From: Octopus sinensis
Lineage: Eukaryota
Length of the DNA: 64,000 bases
Direction: 5' to 3'
NCBI RefSeq assembly: GCF_006345805.1
Contig: NC_043002.1
Span: 68,448,001-68,512,000, forward strand
Under the pieces are notes generated by a model. The model saw only the letters and a program-made list of their open reading frames with translations, ran no database searches and was not told where the DNA came from. The position numbers and the translations under genes are program-made. The first letter of the stretch is position 1. Each line of letters opens with the position of its first letter. Below, one piece after another: positions 37,701-51,950 of the stretch.

Positions 37701-40700
37701 ATTGGTAATTCAATATTTTTATAGTTCAATCATCAATTTTGTGTATATGAAAAAAAAAAAAAAGTTCCAAGGAATAGAAATAGGAAGTAAACACCGAACA
37801 AAGTTTTGAAGCATAAACAGTGTAAATTTGTATGATAAAGTCTATACAGAACATGATTACAGTAGAATAGAGTTTCTGAGATGATGACAGCATATAGGTT
37901 TAGTATTCTTTTGTTGTCGAGTCACAGAGGCCCGTCTCTACCTCTTTGGAGGAAACTTTTAAATACATTTCAAATCATAGCCATTCATTTGCTATTTTCA
38001 TTAAAAGAGTAGTATGGGGGAGTGGGGGAGAGCCAAATCATAAGGATTTACAACAGAAGATCCAGTTGGGTTAATGAACCGTTTGAACCAGAAAGTGTAG
38101 TTATAAAAACATAATAGAAAATTGGCAAGAACAATAAGAACAAAAAATAACAGATTAAACCATGTTCGGAAAATTTTAAAAAAAAGAAAAGAAAAGGCAA
38201 AGCAAATGTCTGCATTATTTACCATTTTTACAAACACCTTAATTCATTAGATTCATGAAGATGCAAAGCAGATTATTTTTTAAGCAGTTTAAAGTAACCG
38301 AATGTTTTAGGTGATGTCATAATGTTATAATGGGTAACAGAAATGAAATATAGTAAATGTTTTTGTTAATAGGATAATGTATTAGCATACATGTATAACA
38401 TGTCAACATGACTGGAATATTTTTTTAATTACAAAAAATAAACAAACCTTTTAATAAAAATGCAAACTCCTATAGGCTAAATCTAGTTACAACATAATAT
38501 ACTAAATAACAACATCATACATATTTATTAAATTACTTTCAGTATTAGTTAGTTACTTTGAACATTTTAATTTCTCAATTAATCTAAATTTAAATTTTTT
38601 CTCTCATTTGCATGTGGTTCATATGCTATCTCAAGTGATTTGCTCTGGCTAACCTAGTTCACCTACCTAATTGTACAAAATGGTAACGCTTACTCTTGGA
38701 GTAAACGGAGGCAGCTCAGAATATTCCACAATTCTTTAATTTGCTATGCTCATCTTAGAAATTCTACTACAATGATAAGCTTATTGTGTATAGTGCTCAG
38801 GTGCACCATGGGAATAACCTGAAAAGGTATGTGTTCTGATAAGCTATCTTGACTAAGATTACACTAATAGAAGTTCAAAGACTTGAGGAGCTGCAAATAT
38901 ACAACAGGATATGGCATGTTCAAATTCATTTGCATCTCAATATATTGATTTATAGATGTAAGAAAAAAAAAGATAGTATATATGTCATTTAGTCATAAAA
39001 CAAAGAAAGATCTAAGCTTACCAATATTTAGAAAAATTTTTAAATAACTTTAGTAAAAATGCATCTTTGGTTTCACTGTACTGCTTTATATTGTACATCA
39101 TTAAAGCAATTGTTGAAAATAGCATCAGTTAAAGTAATATAAAGTGTAAATGAAGAAGAAGGTTTGAAGTTCTATATTTGTTAACTTTGAACCTAGTCAG
39201 AAACAATTGTAATAAAAGAAAAAAAAAAAAAAGAATTAGAATTTGAACAATCTGATGGAAATGGGCAACTTTCATTTCTTAGTTTGACAAAATATTTTAA
39301 ATTCAACAGGATCATACAAACTAACTGCCTTGCAAAGTGAAAATATAGTGGAGGATATAAAGCAAATATGAAAACTTCAACAAGTATCTCTCTCTTTTTT
39401 TTTTAAAGTTTTTCAATGTATTGTTTTGTTTTTTTTTAGATAAGAATTTTAATTTAAATGTTTGTAAGGAAAACACCTGTATATATCAGGGATTAAAAAT
39501 ATTTGCAGATGATCTTATAGTTTTTGGTATTTGAAAAAAAATAACCAAAACAGAACAATATCTAATGCCTGTCTGCTTCCCACTGACTTATTTGTTACAA
39601 AATCAGCAGCTCAAAAAATAGGCTGATAGTGATGATACAAAAAAAGTTACATTTCTTTTTTATAATTAAAGATTATAAACACATGCTACATGTACCCAGG
39701 GCACAAAGCTCCAGATTTTCAAGATTTTTTTAATAATCATCAACACACTTATACATACCCTATACAAATGCCAGTCAATAAAGTATCTGCAATATACAAA
39801 CAAGCATGATATTTTTTTTATGTTATGTATGAGCAGATATCACAGGATTTTAAATTGAGGTCACATATGGTAGAGTTTTGTCCTACAGCATTTAATTCTT
39901 GTAGTGATGTTGTATCTTTAACATAGAGCTGTTTTGCTTTCCATAAGCATCAAAGAAGAGCAATGAACAGTGATATGCTTTGTGTGAATTGGAGGTGTAT
40001 CAACCTCTAAAATTAGCCAAATACTTTCAGCATAGCATGAAAACAGTGTCTATGAATAGATTATAAAAAAAAAACAAACAGAAAGCTCAAAAACACATAC
40101 ATATGTCATATTAAAAAAAGGCACAGGATGCCTATCCACATCCACTGTCATTGATATCGAATGAGTCTCTGTTAAGGTTCTGGAAAACACCAACAAGTGA
40201 CCAATAATGAAATAGTTAATAATATATAAATTATCCAGGGCTCAGCCTATGCATGATGCTTCTCAGCATCTACAAATGTTACTTTTGACACAGAAAGGCA
40301 TGTAGAATGCTATCGCAAATACACTCAGAAAGGAAGAAATTGTATTGACAAATGATGCTCTTAAATCTCTTATAATATATTTTATGAAGGCCATTACAGA
40401 TATTTCTTAAATCTCCTTCTTGATCATATGTATGAATAATAAGGTCTTGTGCATAGATATGGTTTCATACTATTAAGCAAATGAGGGAGGAATCTTCAAC
40501 AGGGATAGGACATCAACCTATCACAACATAAATAACACTCCTAGAAGATGCAGTGTGTGTGTGTGTGTGTTCCTAACAGCTAAGTACACTAAAACCTGTA
40601 GAATCAGTTTTGCCATGTTCATCCCTGTAATATATAACAAAAAGCAAAATTTGTTTCACAACCCACTACTTTTAGATAGCTGAATGCCAACCCTGTTACT

Positions 40701-42002
40701 AAGAGCTCAACTATAATGCAAGACAAGTAAGTAACCGTTGTGAGCAAAGAGAATTATATTCTTTGTTGAAAAGCAAAACCTAATAGTTGTAACAAAGTTT
40801 ACTACTTAAATCACACAGTTGTACCTCACTACCACCAACATCAACAATCATATAAGCCAAGCCTAACGTCTTCACCAAATTTAATAAAGATATCACATTC
40901 AGTTCAAATGATTGGAGGTGGCTATTATGTAATGTAATAAAACTGATGTGTGGGGAAACTACCACTTGATCCTTGATAGATTGGGTCCCTTCTCTATAGC
41001 AGTCTCCTTCCACTTCCACAGCCAATGTGATATCCAATCACCTTTTGTCTTCTTCACCATTTGATGTGTTCATTGGTTTGCTACTAATATGAAGCCTTAA
41101 TCTTAATATAATAAAGAATTACAAGGACTTCAGCTGCAGATGTTACCCCATGAACGTTTTAAGCTTCTCTAATAAAACACCATGGCTCTCCTTTATATAG
41201 AAAATATATATCATCAAGCCAGTAAGAAGCAGGCATTATACATACATATGATAATTAGTAAATGTATTTGCATGGGAGTGTAATATATTTTTTATCAGGG
41301 ATGATGCTTATAAATTTGCACATATTTCTTACTAAGAGTCATCAGAGCATTTTCTATAATATAAGCAACAATGAAAAAAAAAAAAAGAAAACAAGGGAAA
41401 CAATACAAAGAGGGAGGAAACTTAGTCGTAAACATATATATATATATGAAATAATTTAAATGCTTTGTGGAAATTTTAAGAAGCGTACGGGTGTTTGGGA
41501 AGGGAGATAACTTAGTTGTTTCAGGAAAAACGCTGAGAAATCTGCCTGCATTTAACTTTGAACGTCAAGCATTGGATTAGGAACAGATGTAATGTGACTC
41601 TAAACGTTCAACATAGGGATAAATAAAAATGAGTCACATGATCCATAATTCTATCTATATTTATTACTAGACTTCACATGCATAGCTTAAAAGCTACCTT
41701 ATATATCTCCTCTTTTATTTTAAGTTAATATTTCCCCACTTGAAGGTTATATAATTCACGATATGACCACTTAACCATGAGAATCTATCCGGATTTGAAT
41801 TTATTTCTTCATTTATTCTCAATTAACGAAGGTTATTATGCTCATTGCTTCATTAATATTTTTTATACTTATACGAATCACAAAATTAATATTTCATTTG
41901 AATATCCTTAACATCCCAAATAAATGCTCCATTATTCTGCCTTGATGATATAGAGTTATCTCTGCGAGTGTGTGTGCACGTATGTATGTATTCATCATCA
42001 TC

Positions 42003-42041
<39 letters not shown>

Positions 42042-42051
42042 TATATATATA

Positions 42052-42410
42052 AATCCCCCAAAATTGAATTTATATATTATGGAGATGTACTTGCATAGCA
42101 AGTGACCTAATGTGAGATCGTGTGCTGGAACGAAAACAATTGCAGCGTGGAAGGTGTTTATCAGCCATTTAAGAAACACACAAAATCCGTTAGATTCACA
42201 TCAACATTTAAATTTAATTTGTCAAAATATTTTGAGGCTGCGACCTGTTCACTGACAGTGAAATAGTCAGTGAACAGGACACGGTCTCAAAGTGACGAAA
42301 ATATTTTGACAAATTAAATTTAAATGTTGAAGTGAATCTAATGGAGTTTGTGTGTTTCTTAGATGGCTTATAAACACCTTCCATGCTGCAATTGTGAATT
42401 TATATATATT
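42052..42410. mobile_element. Fold-back element with ~95-bp outer arms, an inner 13-bp hairpin and an 85-bp one-sided extension, next to (TA)n
   Basis: 42136-42230 versus 42301-42395 (6 mismatches); inner cctgttcactgac/gtcagtgaacagg at 42244-56 and 42266-78. Confidence 0.85.
42266..42310 (+). ncRNA. Hammerhead-like fold with a variant core (GUGAACA)
   Basis: Stem I gtca/tgac; core GTGAACA 42270-76; one extra G; stem II gacac/gtgac; GAAA 42297-300; palindromic stem III aatatt; UUU triplet. Confidence 0.4.
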
Positions 42411-44450
42411 TCTTAAATACTTTAAAAATGTATTGACCACTTTATTGAATAGTAGTCTGCTTGATCATCTCATTAAGAACATCATGTATGCATATATATA
42501 CATACATATATTTACTATTCACTTCCTGTGCATTATTCTATGTACTGTGCTGCACCTGAGCAAGGTGTACAATAAGTTCTTTATTATTATTATCATAATA
42601 TACACACACATATATGTGTATGCGTATATGCATATAGATATGTATATGACTATACAAACATCCATATTGAACATACACACACACATATATATTTGCATAT
42701 ATGTTTCATATGTATGTGTTTGATAATGTGTATATATATATATATAAAGATATTTTCATTTAAAAGTAAATCCAATTCATGTATAATAGAGTTTATAATT
42801 TTATACTTGAACAAAAAATCTCAGGTAGGATGAGGGAATAATTAATATAATCAACATGGAAACCAGCCTTAGATAAATGACTTATTTAGGAAATCTCTTT
42901 AAAAACTGTATTTTAATAGAATTTAAAGGAAAAAAAAAATTCTAACTTAAGCACAAGATAAGAGATTTGTGGAGTGAGGCGAGTCAGTTACAATTAACCT
43001 GAGTACTGGATTTGTACTTTATTTTATTGACCTCAGATGGACAAAAAAGTAAAACTGATCTTGGCTGGGTTTGAAATCATGATCTAAAGAGCCATAACAA
43101 ATACCTCCACAAAGTATTTTGTTGGGTACTCTAATGATTCTACCAAGCCAATAGTGACTCTCTTTATTAAAGGCACAAGGCCTGGAATTTTAAGCAGAGG
43201 GGGTACTTATTTTATTGATCCCAAAAGGATAAACAGCAAAGTCGACCTTGGTGGTATTTGAACTCAGAACATAAAGCCGGCAGAAAGGCTGCTAAGCATC
43301 CTGATGATTCTACCACTTTGCCACCTATTGCCAATCAACAAAGTCTAACCTAACTTTGCAAGATACCTGGAGATTAGTTAAAATAGAATGTCTTCACATT
43401 GGAAATGAAGTCAGATGAGCTTATCATTTGTAGAGAAAATGGCAAAATATAGTGCCATGTCCACTGGATAGCAACTAAGAATTATATTTCAAAAATAAAA
43501 CAGAGTAGTTCAGAATTCAAATAAAAATAATACAAAAATAAATGGAAACATATATTGCGAAAAACTAAAAGCAGGAAGTTTGGAGTAGGGGTGGGAGTGG
43601 ACTAAGAAAGAAGCAGATAAATTTATAAGAATTAGTATCGTTACCCTAGGAAGACACTAAAATCAATGTGCACAAGTGGCTAAAAACTATACATTCTATA
43701 AATATTCAAAATAGTGTAAGAGAGTTTAAAGACATCACATACATAGAAATATGTAAAGGAAAAATGTTATTTTATGGGTTATTTTCTCCATATTATCTTT
43801 GCTTGTTTTGTTATTGTTTTTTTTTTGTAAATTTGCTTGTTTGTTTTTGTTGGTTTTTTTTTACATTTTTCTTTTCTTCATTTGGTTAAAATAAATATCC
43901 ACAAGTCAGTCAGTCATTGTGATAAAAATGATTTTTTTTTTTTTGGTTTACCTTTTCAGCAAATTTGGTAAAAATTTTTTTTCTCTTTATCTTAAAGTTA
44001 GTGATGTGTTTTAGTAATTTTTAAAAAATATTACTATAATACAGTATTAATTAAAATACAAGATAATTTATACATTAAAATACATTTGAGAAGGACAGAC
44101 AATGGCAGCTTGCTGAGTCGAGGAAGACAGCCGAATATTTAGTTACAATATTTTAAACAAATTTATGATTTATATGAAGAATTTAATGAAAAAGATGATT
44201 AATCAGATTTTTTTTAATATTTATCAAAATATACTCTTTAACAGCAAAAAACAAAAACAAAAAAATAATTAAAAAAATTAAAATAATCCACAGCTTTGAT
44301 AAGAAAATGTAATAAGCTGTCGAAGGAATAAAACATTCTAAAGAAACTGCAGACAAACACACAATATTAAAGATCCAAAAGACTGCTTCTGGATCTGACA
44401 ATCTGACATCATAAAATTCCACATTTCATATATAAGTACACATGTATCTG

Positions 44451-44506
<56 letters not shown>

Positions 44507-47500
44507 GTACCTGTGTGCAATATGTGTGTCTGTACATGTAGCTGTGTGTGCTTATGTATGTGTGTATCATGGATTTGTCTTAAAACAATGAAAAATATTG
44601 TTACACAAACTAAAAATCAATAAAAATCACCTCCCCCCATTAAAAGTGTAAATTATCTTAGCTAAAAAAAAAGTTTTAAAAAATTCTAAATACAAGTTCT
44701 GATTCAGTAATAAATTTCTAACCAGAAAAAAAAAAGAAAGAAAGAAAAATGTCAATAAATATAATTCAAGCAAAATAATAAAAAAAAAAACAAGAAAAAA
44801 AAAAACAGAAAGAAGATCGTCAAGTTAATGGACGGACCCCCGTTAGAAAATGTGGAGAAACATACAAATTGCAAAATAAAAACAAACAAAAACAATAATG
44901 TTAGAAAAATCAATACTACAATTTGATTCTTAGTAAAAGTATTAAAAAAAAAATTTTTTTTAAAAAGCTAAATGTCAAAAAGGCGAAAAGCTTGATTCAG
45001 CAAATTTTCACAATTTATCTCTTTATTTCTTTTTTTTTTTTTTGATCATTTAAGATAAATTAAATTACAAATTTAAAACGAACTTAAATTATTTAGATGA
45101 ATTAAAAATGTCTGTCTATTTTTCTTCTTTCTACTTCTGAATATGATCAACAAGAGAACTAAATATGTATATATATATATATAAAGATGCATTCATATAT
45201 GAATTTATGTCTCCCTCTATCTCTCATACACACACATCCATACAAAGCTGATTACTGACTTCATTACAACTCATTCATAGTTTCTCTACTATGTGTGCTC
45301 CTTAAGTCATCTGAAGGACAACACATAATAAATAAAAACTCTTAAGTAGTGTTAGAGAAAATCAGCTCAGAACAAGTAAACAAATTCTTTTCCAATTTGT
45401 ACGACTGTACATACATACATACACACACACAGGGTGGCCTATGAAGAGCTCTACCATTACACATGTGTCTTAAGGTTAGGCTGTTGGTTTCATAATCATA
45501 AGATTGTGGGTTCAATTCTCAGACCAAGTAGTGCTTTGTGCTCTTGAGCAAGGCACTTCATTTCATGTTGTTCCAGTTCACTCAGATGAAATGAACCCTG
45601 GCTGAGTGCAGCTGCAGCCCACATTCCCTTGCATCTTAAAATATGTTTTGCTGGTTCAAGAATGAGAAGGATGGGAGGCTGTTTATGTCTGCTCATAACT
45701 ACACAGGTACCAAAAACAATTAGTGAAAGCAACATACACGATATATATATATATGTAAAATGGTAAAGCTGCTTATGGCCAATATGTAATATAATAAAAG
45801 AATAATCCTTTCTACTATAGGCACAAGGCCTGAAATTCTGTGGGAAGAGCTGGTCAATGTACATCGATCCCAGTGTTCAACTGGTACTTATTTCATCAAT
45901 GCCAAAAGGATGAAAAGCAAAGTCAACCTTGGTGGAATTTGAACTCAGAACATGAAGAGGGACAAAATGCCACTAAGTATTTTGTCTGGCTTGCTAACAA
46001 TTCTGCCAGCTCACCACATTGTATAATCAAACAATAAAAATGACTAGGAACATAATTTGGAATTTTGTATTTAGAATTCAGAATTTGTGTTATCGAATTT
46101 ATTCCAAAAACTAGAAAAATAGTTTAGTAGCTGGGTAGTAAAAATCTGAGTTAACTATATATGTGTTTGTGTATGCACAGGTGAAAGAGAGAAAGAGTAA
46201 GTAGTAGTATATCAATCTCATATGAACTGTTTCATACAGTAGCATCTACAATGGGGTTTAGTTCTGGATTATAGTGACCATGGGACGCTGTAAGAAACTG
46301 GTGGTAGGAGATCAAATACCTTACATACACATGCACACTAACATTTTCAACAAACTTCCGTCACAGCTGTACATTGCACACCTATGCTTTCTGAGGGGAA
46401 AACAAAAACATATACACACACACACATGCAGTGAATATATGCATATACACAAGCATATCATTAATTCCCATTCTTAATTAAACTAAGTGGAAAAAGGGAT
46501 TCACTCCCAGCAGGATAAGTAAATGATTAGGATGATCATAATGACACTTATAAATTCAAGTAGCTTAATAAGTGTACAGAAGGGGAAATCACAATATTCA
46601 TGCAACTCCAAAGGTTTGATTAATTTTAAGTCATAGGTGTCCTAATTAGGGATTAAAACTGGATAGTGGAATCGCTTTTGTAAAGAGCTTCTTCTTACCA
46701 CCACATCATGGAGCTTAAAGAAAAATAATGATGATGATAATGTTGACAATAAAAATAAAATAACGATAATACATTTCTTGCACAAGCACAATGACTATAG
46801 ATATTATAGGGGATACTGAGATGTGATTTCATGCTTTTCCCATGAGCATTAGCAATAGAAATGAAAGTGATTCCAACTGAGAACTGAAACTGCGTCACTT
46901 TGCCAAAATTTTATTGAGGTATGACTGAGCCTGTGATTAATTAACTAATTAATTGATAAAATTAATAATAATCAATTCTATTTTTGGTACAAAGGTTCCA
47001 ATGTCTTTCAGACACATAATCGCCACTTTACTAGGCCAGGACTAAGCTAGTGAGCAGTGTAGTCAATTGGTCCCTATTCTATCAACCCTTGGTATCCGGT
47101 TGGTACTTTTATCAACCCCAACTATTTGACCAGTACTTACTTTACCCCCCACCCCACCCAATTGGTATTTACTTCATCAATCTTTGACTGTTACTTTATC
47201 ACCACCACCCCACCCAATTTGACTGTTACCTATTTTATTAACTATTTTATTATATGAAGACATATAAAAGGCCAAGTCAATCTCGGTGGGTTTGAACACC
47301 AAATGTAAAGGGATGCAACTAAATAATGCATGGCATTTTGTCCAATACTCTTGAGAATTTGCCAATCCACCAAAGAGCATCTGTTGCAGAAACAGCGAAA
47401 TTCAATTCAGCATAAGGTTAACATTTATTGTCTATGAATAGTTAACGGCGTTTCCATTATATATATATATATATATATATATATGCATATTTCTGTTCCA

Positions 47501-49016
47501 TCTTTCAATGCTGAGTTAAAGGCTAAAAATGAAGATGGATCTGAATAGTAAAATATTTTCTTTTCATCTTTCAAAATTTATAGAGATAGATCTTTATGAA
47601 GGATGGAAAACAAAGAAAGATCAAAGAATGAAAATAAAGACGGATATGAGTTATGTCCAATATATCAGGCTTTTGATATTCAATATGTTAGCAGTTGCAT
47701 TTCATTTATTATTATCATTATTATTATTATTATTAATATTATTAGTGAATAGGTTTATGGTTTTGATAAAGAAACCATGTCACTAATCGTGTGAGTTAGA
47801 AGGTAATAAAATATATTGAAAACATCAGTTGGTTTATCAATAAAATCTTAATTATGAATGCTTAAAATAAACAGAAGAGAGAGAGAATGAGAGAGAGGGA
47901 AAAAATCTATCTTGTTTATGAAGCATTTTTAGATTTAATTTTTAACAACTTAGTCATGTCTGAGCAAAAGTATTTTTAAACCAAAAGTATTCTTGCCAAG
48001 ACAATTTCATCTACTTTGTTTTTCTAGGCATAGCACATCTTAAACTACATTATCCAATGAGTTGTTCACTTAAGACAGTAGGGTGCAATTTGGTTGCTAT
48101 TTCTAGCAGGTCGAATGAGTAAATTAGAGGTTCCATTGCACCCATTGATGTTTGAAAAACTGCAAGGGCTGAGCGAATAAGAAGATGTAACTGACTGAGA
48201 GGTCACAGCATTATTTCCTGCAGCAGGTATTGCATTATTTCGGAGCAAAACATCAATTGTATTGTAAAACAGTTTGAATGCTAGAATAATTAATCTATTA
48301 TTATTATTATTATCAGCATCATCATCATCTAACTTCTAATACGTTTCAAGTGAAGCTTTCAATACAGAATATCAGGCTCCTAATTTAAAAACCATAATTT
48401 ACTTTAATATATAAGAAAATAAGAAGAAAAGCAATGGAAAAAATAAGCAAAACAAGAAAAGATTATCCACAGACAAAGTTATCTTGTACAGAGACCATGC
48501 ATATTCATTTATATTATAAGAAAGTTTACTAAATAAGCTCAGATAACTTAGAAAATGTAACAACTTCCTAAGGCTTTCTATCAAAAGTTAACTTAAGATA
48601 AAAAAAAAAGTGATGCAGCCTATGAAATAAAGTAAATTTTTTCTTTTTCTCTCTGAAAACTACTTTTTCATCTGTCAAAAATACATATCTTATATGCATG
48701 TTATTTTTTTCATTTTTATGTTTTTTTTTTGGCTTTTTAAAATTTAATTTAATATGAGAATAGTTAAGATGGAGGAGGGATTTGTTAGAGTGTGAACCTT
48801 ACAGAAATGGCATCCGTAACCAAAATATACAAATAAATAAATAAATATAAATTTTGCTGTGTCACTAGCATGATGGGATGTGTGAGCACAAAATCAATTG
48901 GTTGGAGTGTCTTTGCTCGGTTTTTTTTTTTTTCATTTTTGTTTTCAGAAAAAATAAAAATAAAAACAAAAATTACCTTCAGAGAAGGGGAGAAAAAATG
49001 ATTTTAAAAAAAAATC

Positions 49017-49048
<32 letters not shown>

Positions 49049-49172
49049 TAATAGGAATCCATATGAAAGCAAGTATTCCTAATGAGATCCTTGATAAAGT
49101 TCATCTTGAAGAAAAGAAGAAAAAGCCAGCAATTTACACAAATGGAACAGCAGTATGGAGGTACATACAGTG

Positions 49173-49411
49173 CTAGCTGATGCAGCAGCTTTTGCGACAG
49201 TTAGGGGGTGATTCAGTTGGATTAAGGTATTTCAACTTTTTAAGCTTGTCCCTGTGTATGAAGCTGTGCATGCGTGTGCTGCGTGTTTTATTAGTCATCG
49301 CATATGATTTCAAATGAGATTTCAGACGAGGTGGTAATGGCAACTGGTCAATACCATAGATGGTGGTACAAGACACTATTGTCCGACAAGCAAGTTCTTG
49401 GAGACTCAAAA
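49173..49411 (-). CDS. Rab40: Rab40 terminal coding exon: SOCS box (VLSLQELACRTIVSCTTIYGIDQLPLPPRLKSHLKSY), hypervariable tail, prenylation end NCRKSCCIS*
   Basis: cttgtttcag|TT TTG AGT completes phase 1 from the previous exon; BC box and LPLP Cul5 box are visible; stop TAG at 49175-49173; ORF 49173..49469. Confidence 0.97.
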
Positions 49412-49620
49412 CTGAAACAAGAAACATGAAAATATTGAGAAATATTAAAAAAAAAACCAGAAAAAACAAAGATACAGAAGAAAAAAAACTGTTGATTTAA
49501 ACTATAAATATCAATAAAGAATGTATATTAGATCATTCTTAACTTTGGCAGAAGGCTAGCAATTTTGAGGGGAGGGGAAGTTGATTATAATGACTTGTGT
49601 TCAACTGGTACTTATTTTGT

Positions 49621-50015
49621 AGGAGTGGCTGTGTGGTAAGTAGCTTGCTTACCAACCACATGGTTCCAGGTTCAGTCCCACTACGTGACACCTTGGGCAA
49701 GTATCTTCTGTTATAGCCTCGGGCCGACCAAAGCCATGCGAGTGGATTTGGTAGATGGAAACTGAAAGAAGCCCGTCGTATATATGTATATATATATGTG
49801 TGTGTGTGAATATGTTTGTGTGTCTGTGTTTGTCCACCCAACATCGCTTGAAAACTGATGCTGGTGTGTTAGCGGTTCGGCAAAAGAGACCGATAGAATA
49901 AGTACTAGGCTTACAAAGAATAAGTCCAGGGGTCGATTTGCTCGACTAAAGGTGGTGCTCCAGCATGGCCACAATCAAATGACTGAAACAAGTTAAAGAG
50001 AGAGTAAAAGAGTAA
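49621..50015 (+). mobile_element. SINE family B in the last Rab40 intron
   Basis: Same head, core and tail. Confidence 0.88.
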
Positions 50016-51199
50016 GAGTAAAAAGCAAAGTCAACCTTGGTAGAATTTGAACTCGGAAGCTGAATGAAATGCCACTAAGCACTCTATCTAGCATGCTAAT
50101 GATTCTGCAGGATTGTCACCATACAAATATATATTAGATAATGACAGACTGGCCATTTAGTTTATTCATGTACTATGAATTCTTTGGAAGAAAACAAAAA
50201 GGTAAAACAGTATGAGAGAGCTACAACGTTTTTCCTTCCGAAAGGGCCTGTTATTGTAAACACACTACTACACATATTTCCAACCTAGGTACGTGTAATT
50301 ATGTAATGAGATATCAACATTTATTGCTAAGAATATTAAACATCAGTCACAAATAATATGACCTAAAGTTTTAAAGAGTATGCACTGCATAGAGTTGCAA
50401 AATAATTAAATGCAGACAACTGGTTTCAGACGTCAGGCTGCATCCATTCTGAGGAACTAACTTCAATTATATTAACCCCCAAAGACATTTTCAAGGAGTA
50501 ACGACTATAAGGAATTTACAGTGGCATACACTGACATGTACACACCCATATATAATAAGTATTGTGTATTTATTTGTAATTAAGGTATCGAGATAGTGTG
50601 AAAGTAAGAAGCTGTCAAATGACAAATAGAAAGTGAATGAGTGAGGAGTAGTAAAAGTAAAATAAAAGTGAGTGGAAGGACGAGGTGCCATAACTGGCAA
50701 ACAAGGAAAGAGAATGAGAAAGAGCCTTTGTAAATCAGCCAAACAGCTAAAGGCTTTCTTTTGGATGATGTTTTGAATCTTTGTATAGGTAATAGCAGCA
50801 CTGTCCCAGATATTTAATTTTCTGATTATATTCTGGCTAATAATAAGATACTTAGTCTTTAGGATATTGTTTTGCTTATGTTGTATGCAAAAGTCTGGAA
50901 GAGAGATTCTCAGAAGCTGCAGCCCAGCATTGAGGATTTTCAGCAGATACAATCACGCTCAACAAGTGAATGGTACAAAACTGTTTTCTTGATATGTGAA
51001 GCCATTATACATTTGTAAAACTGTTACAATATTATTTAGAAAACAATGTAAGATTTATATGGAAACTGGACTTTTATGTCTCCACTGAAAGATGTTTTTG
51101 ATAAAGGATGTCTCTCTTTGGGGAAATGACACAGATTGACATGAAATGAATGGTGCTTACATGCAGAAGATTAAGGAGGATGCAATGTGTTGATAGCAA

Positions 51200-51950
51200 A
51201 TTAGGTAATTAATGAAGGAAGATTGTTGGATACCAGAGTTTAAAGGGCTCTCTCTTACCTTCTCCAAGAGAGCCCTGTCAGCATATGCTATAACTGAGTC
51301 CATATGTGAACAAACTTAGTAAGGAGTTACTCATGCCATCATACTAAATATTTCTACTAAAGTTCTTCAGGACAAAAAAAGACATTGGCGAATGATATAG
51401 GAGAACAAGATACATCTGGTTCTTATTTCTGGTCATCGAGAAGAGAGAGAAACTAAAAGTGATAAATGAGGAAATGAGGTGGTTGTTGGTTGTTCATGAA
51501 TATTTTCATCCTCTTTGACAGTTTGACAAGTCAGGAGAGCCAGGGTATAGTTATTTTGGGGAATAAGACACACTATTGCAACAAAGTTTGTAATGGGGTA
51601 GACACTGCTGTGACTAGTTGTCTGCCTGAGTAAGAGTGATTGAAGAACTTTTCACACTTGGAAATTGTGTGCATATAGAGGTAAGAGAGGAAAAATGGAG
51701 AATGAAAGTTCTGTTGCGTGCATGTAGTATGAGAAGCAGAATGGAAAACAACTGAGTGATCTTATCAAGAGTGCAACTTATCAACCTATACAGTGTTCTT
51801 GGTTGAGGAGTGGTAGTCAGAGATCTTTACAAGGAATTAGAAAGTTTAGTGTCAGTTAGGAAGGCCAGAGTTTACAGCTCTTATGGTTCACAAAAGTAAT
51901 GTTTGCTTTCTTGATAGTCGCCTCATCGGTTGGCTGCATTTGAGGAAAAA
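51200..51950 (-). mobile_element. Highly degenerate LINE (L2/CR1-group) remnant
   Basis: The minus strand has a decayed NY.P..LLT.. RT-proximal segment; many stops. Confidence 0.3.

Noticed and set aside
36395-37713. Long ORFs rich in Y/I/C/V (up to 225 aa)
   Set aside because: Translations of (TA)n/(TG)n microsatellites; not genes.
40780-41037. 85-aa minus-strand ORF
   Set aside because: In-frame stop just upstream, no splice signals or homology recognised; likely UTR or intergenic.
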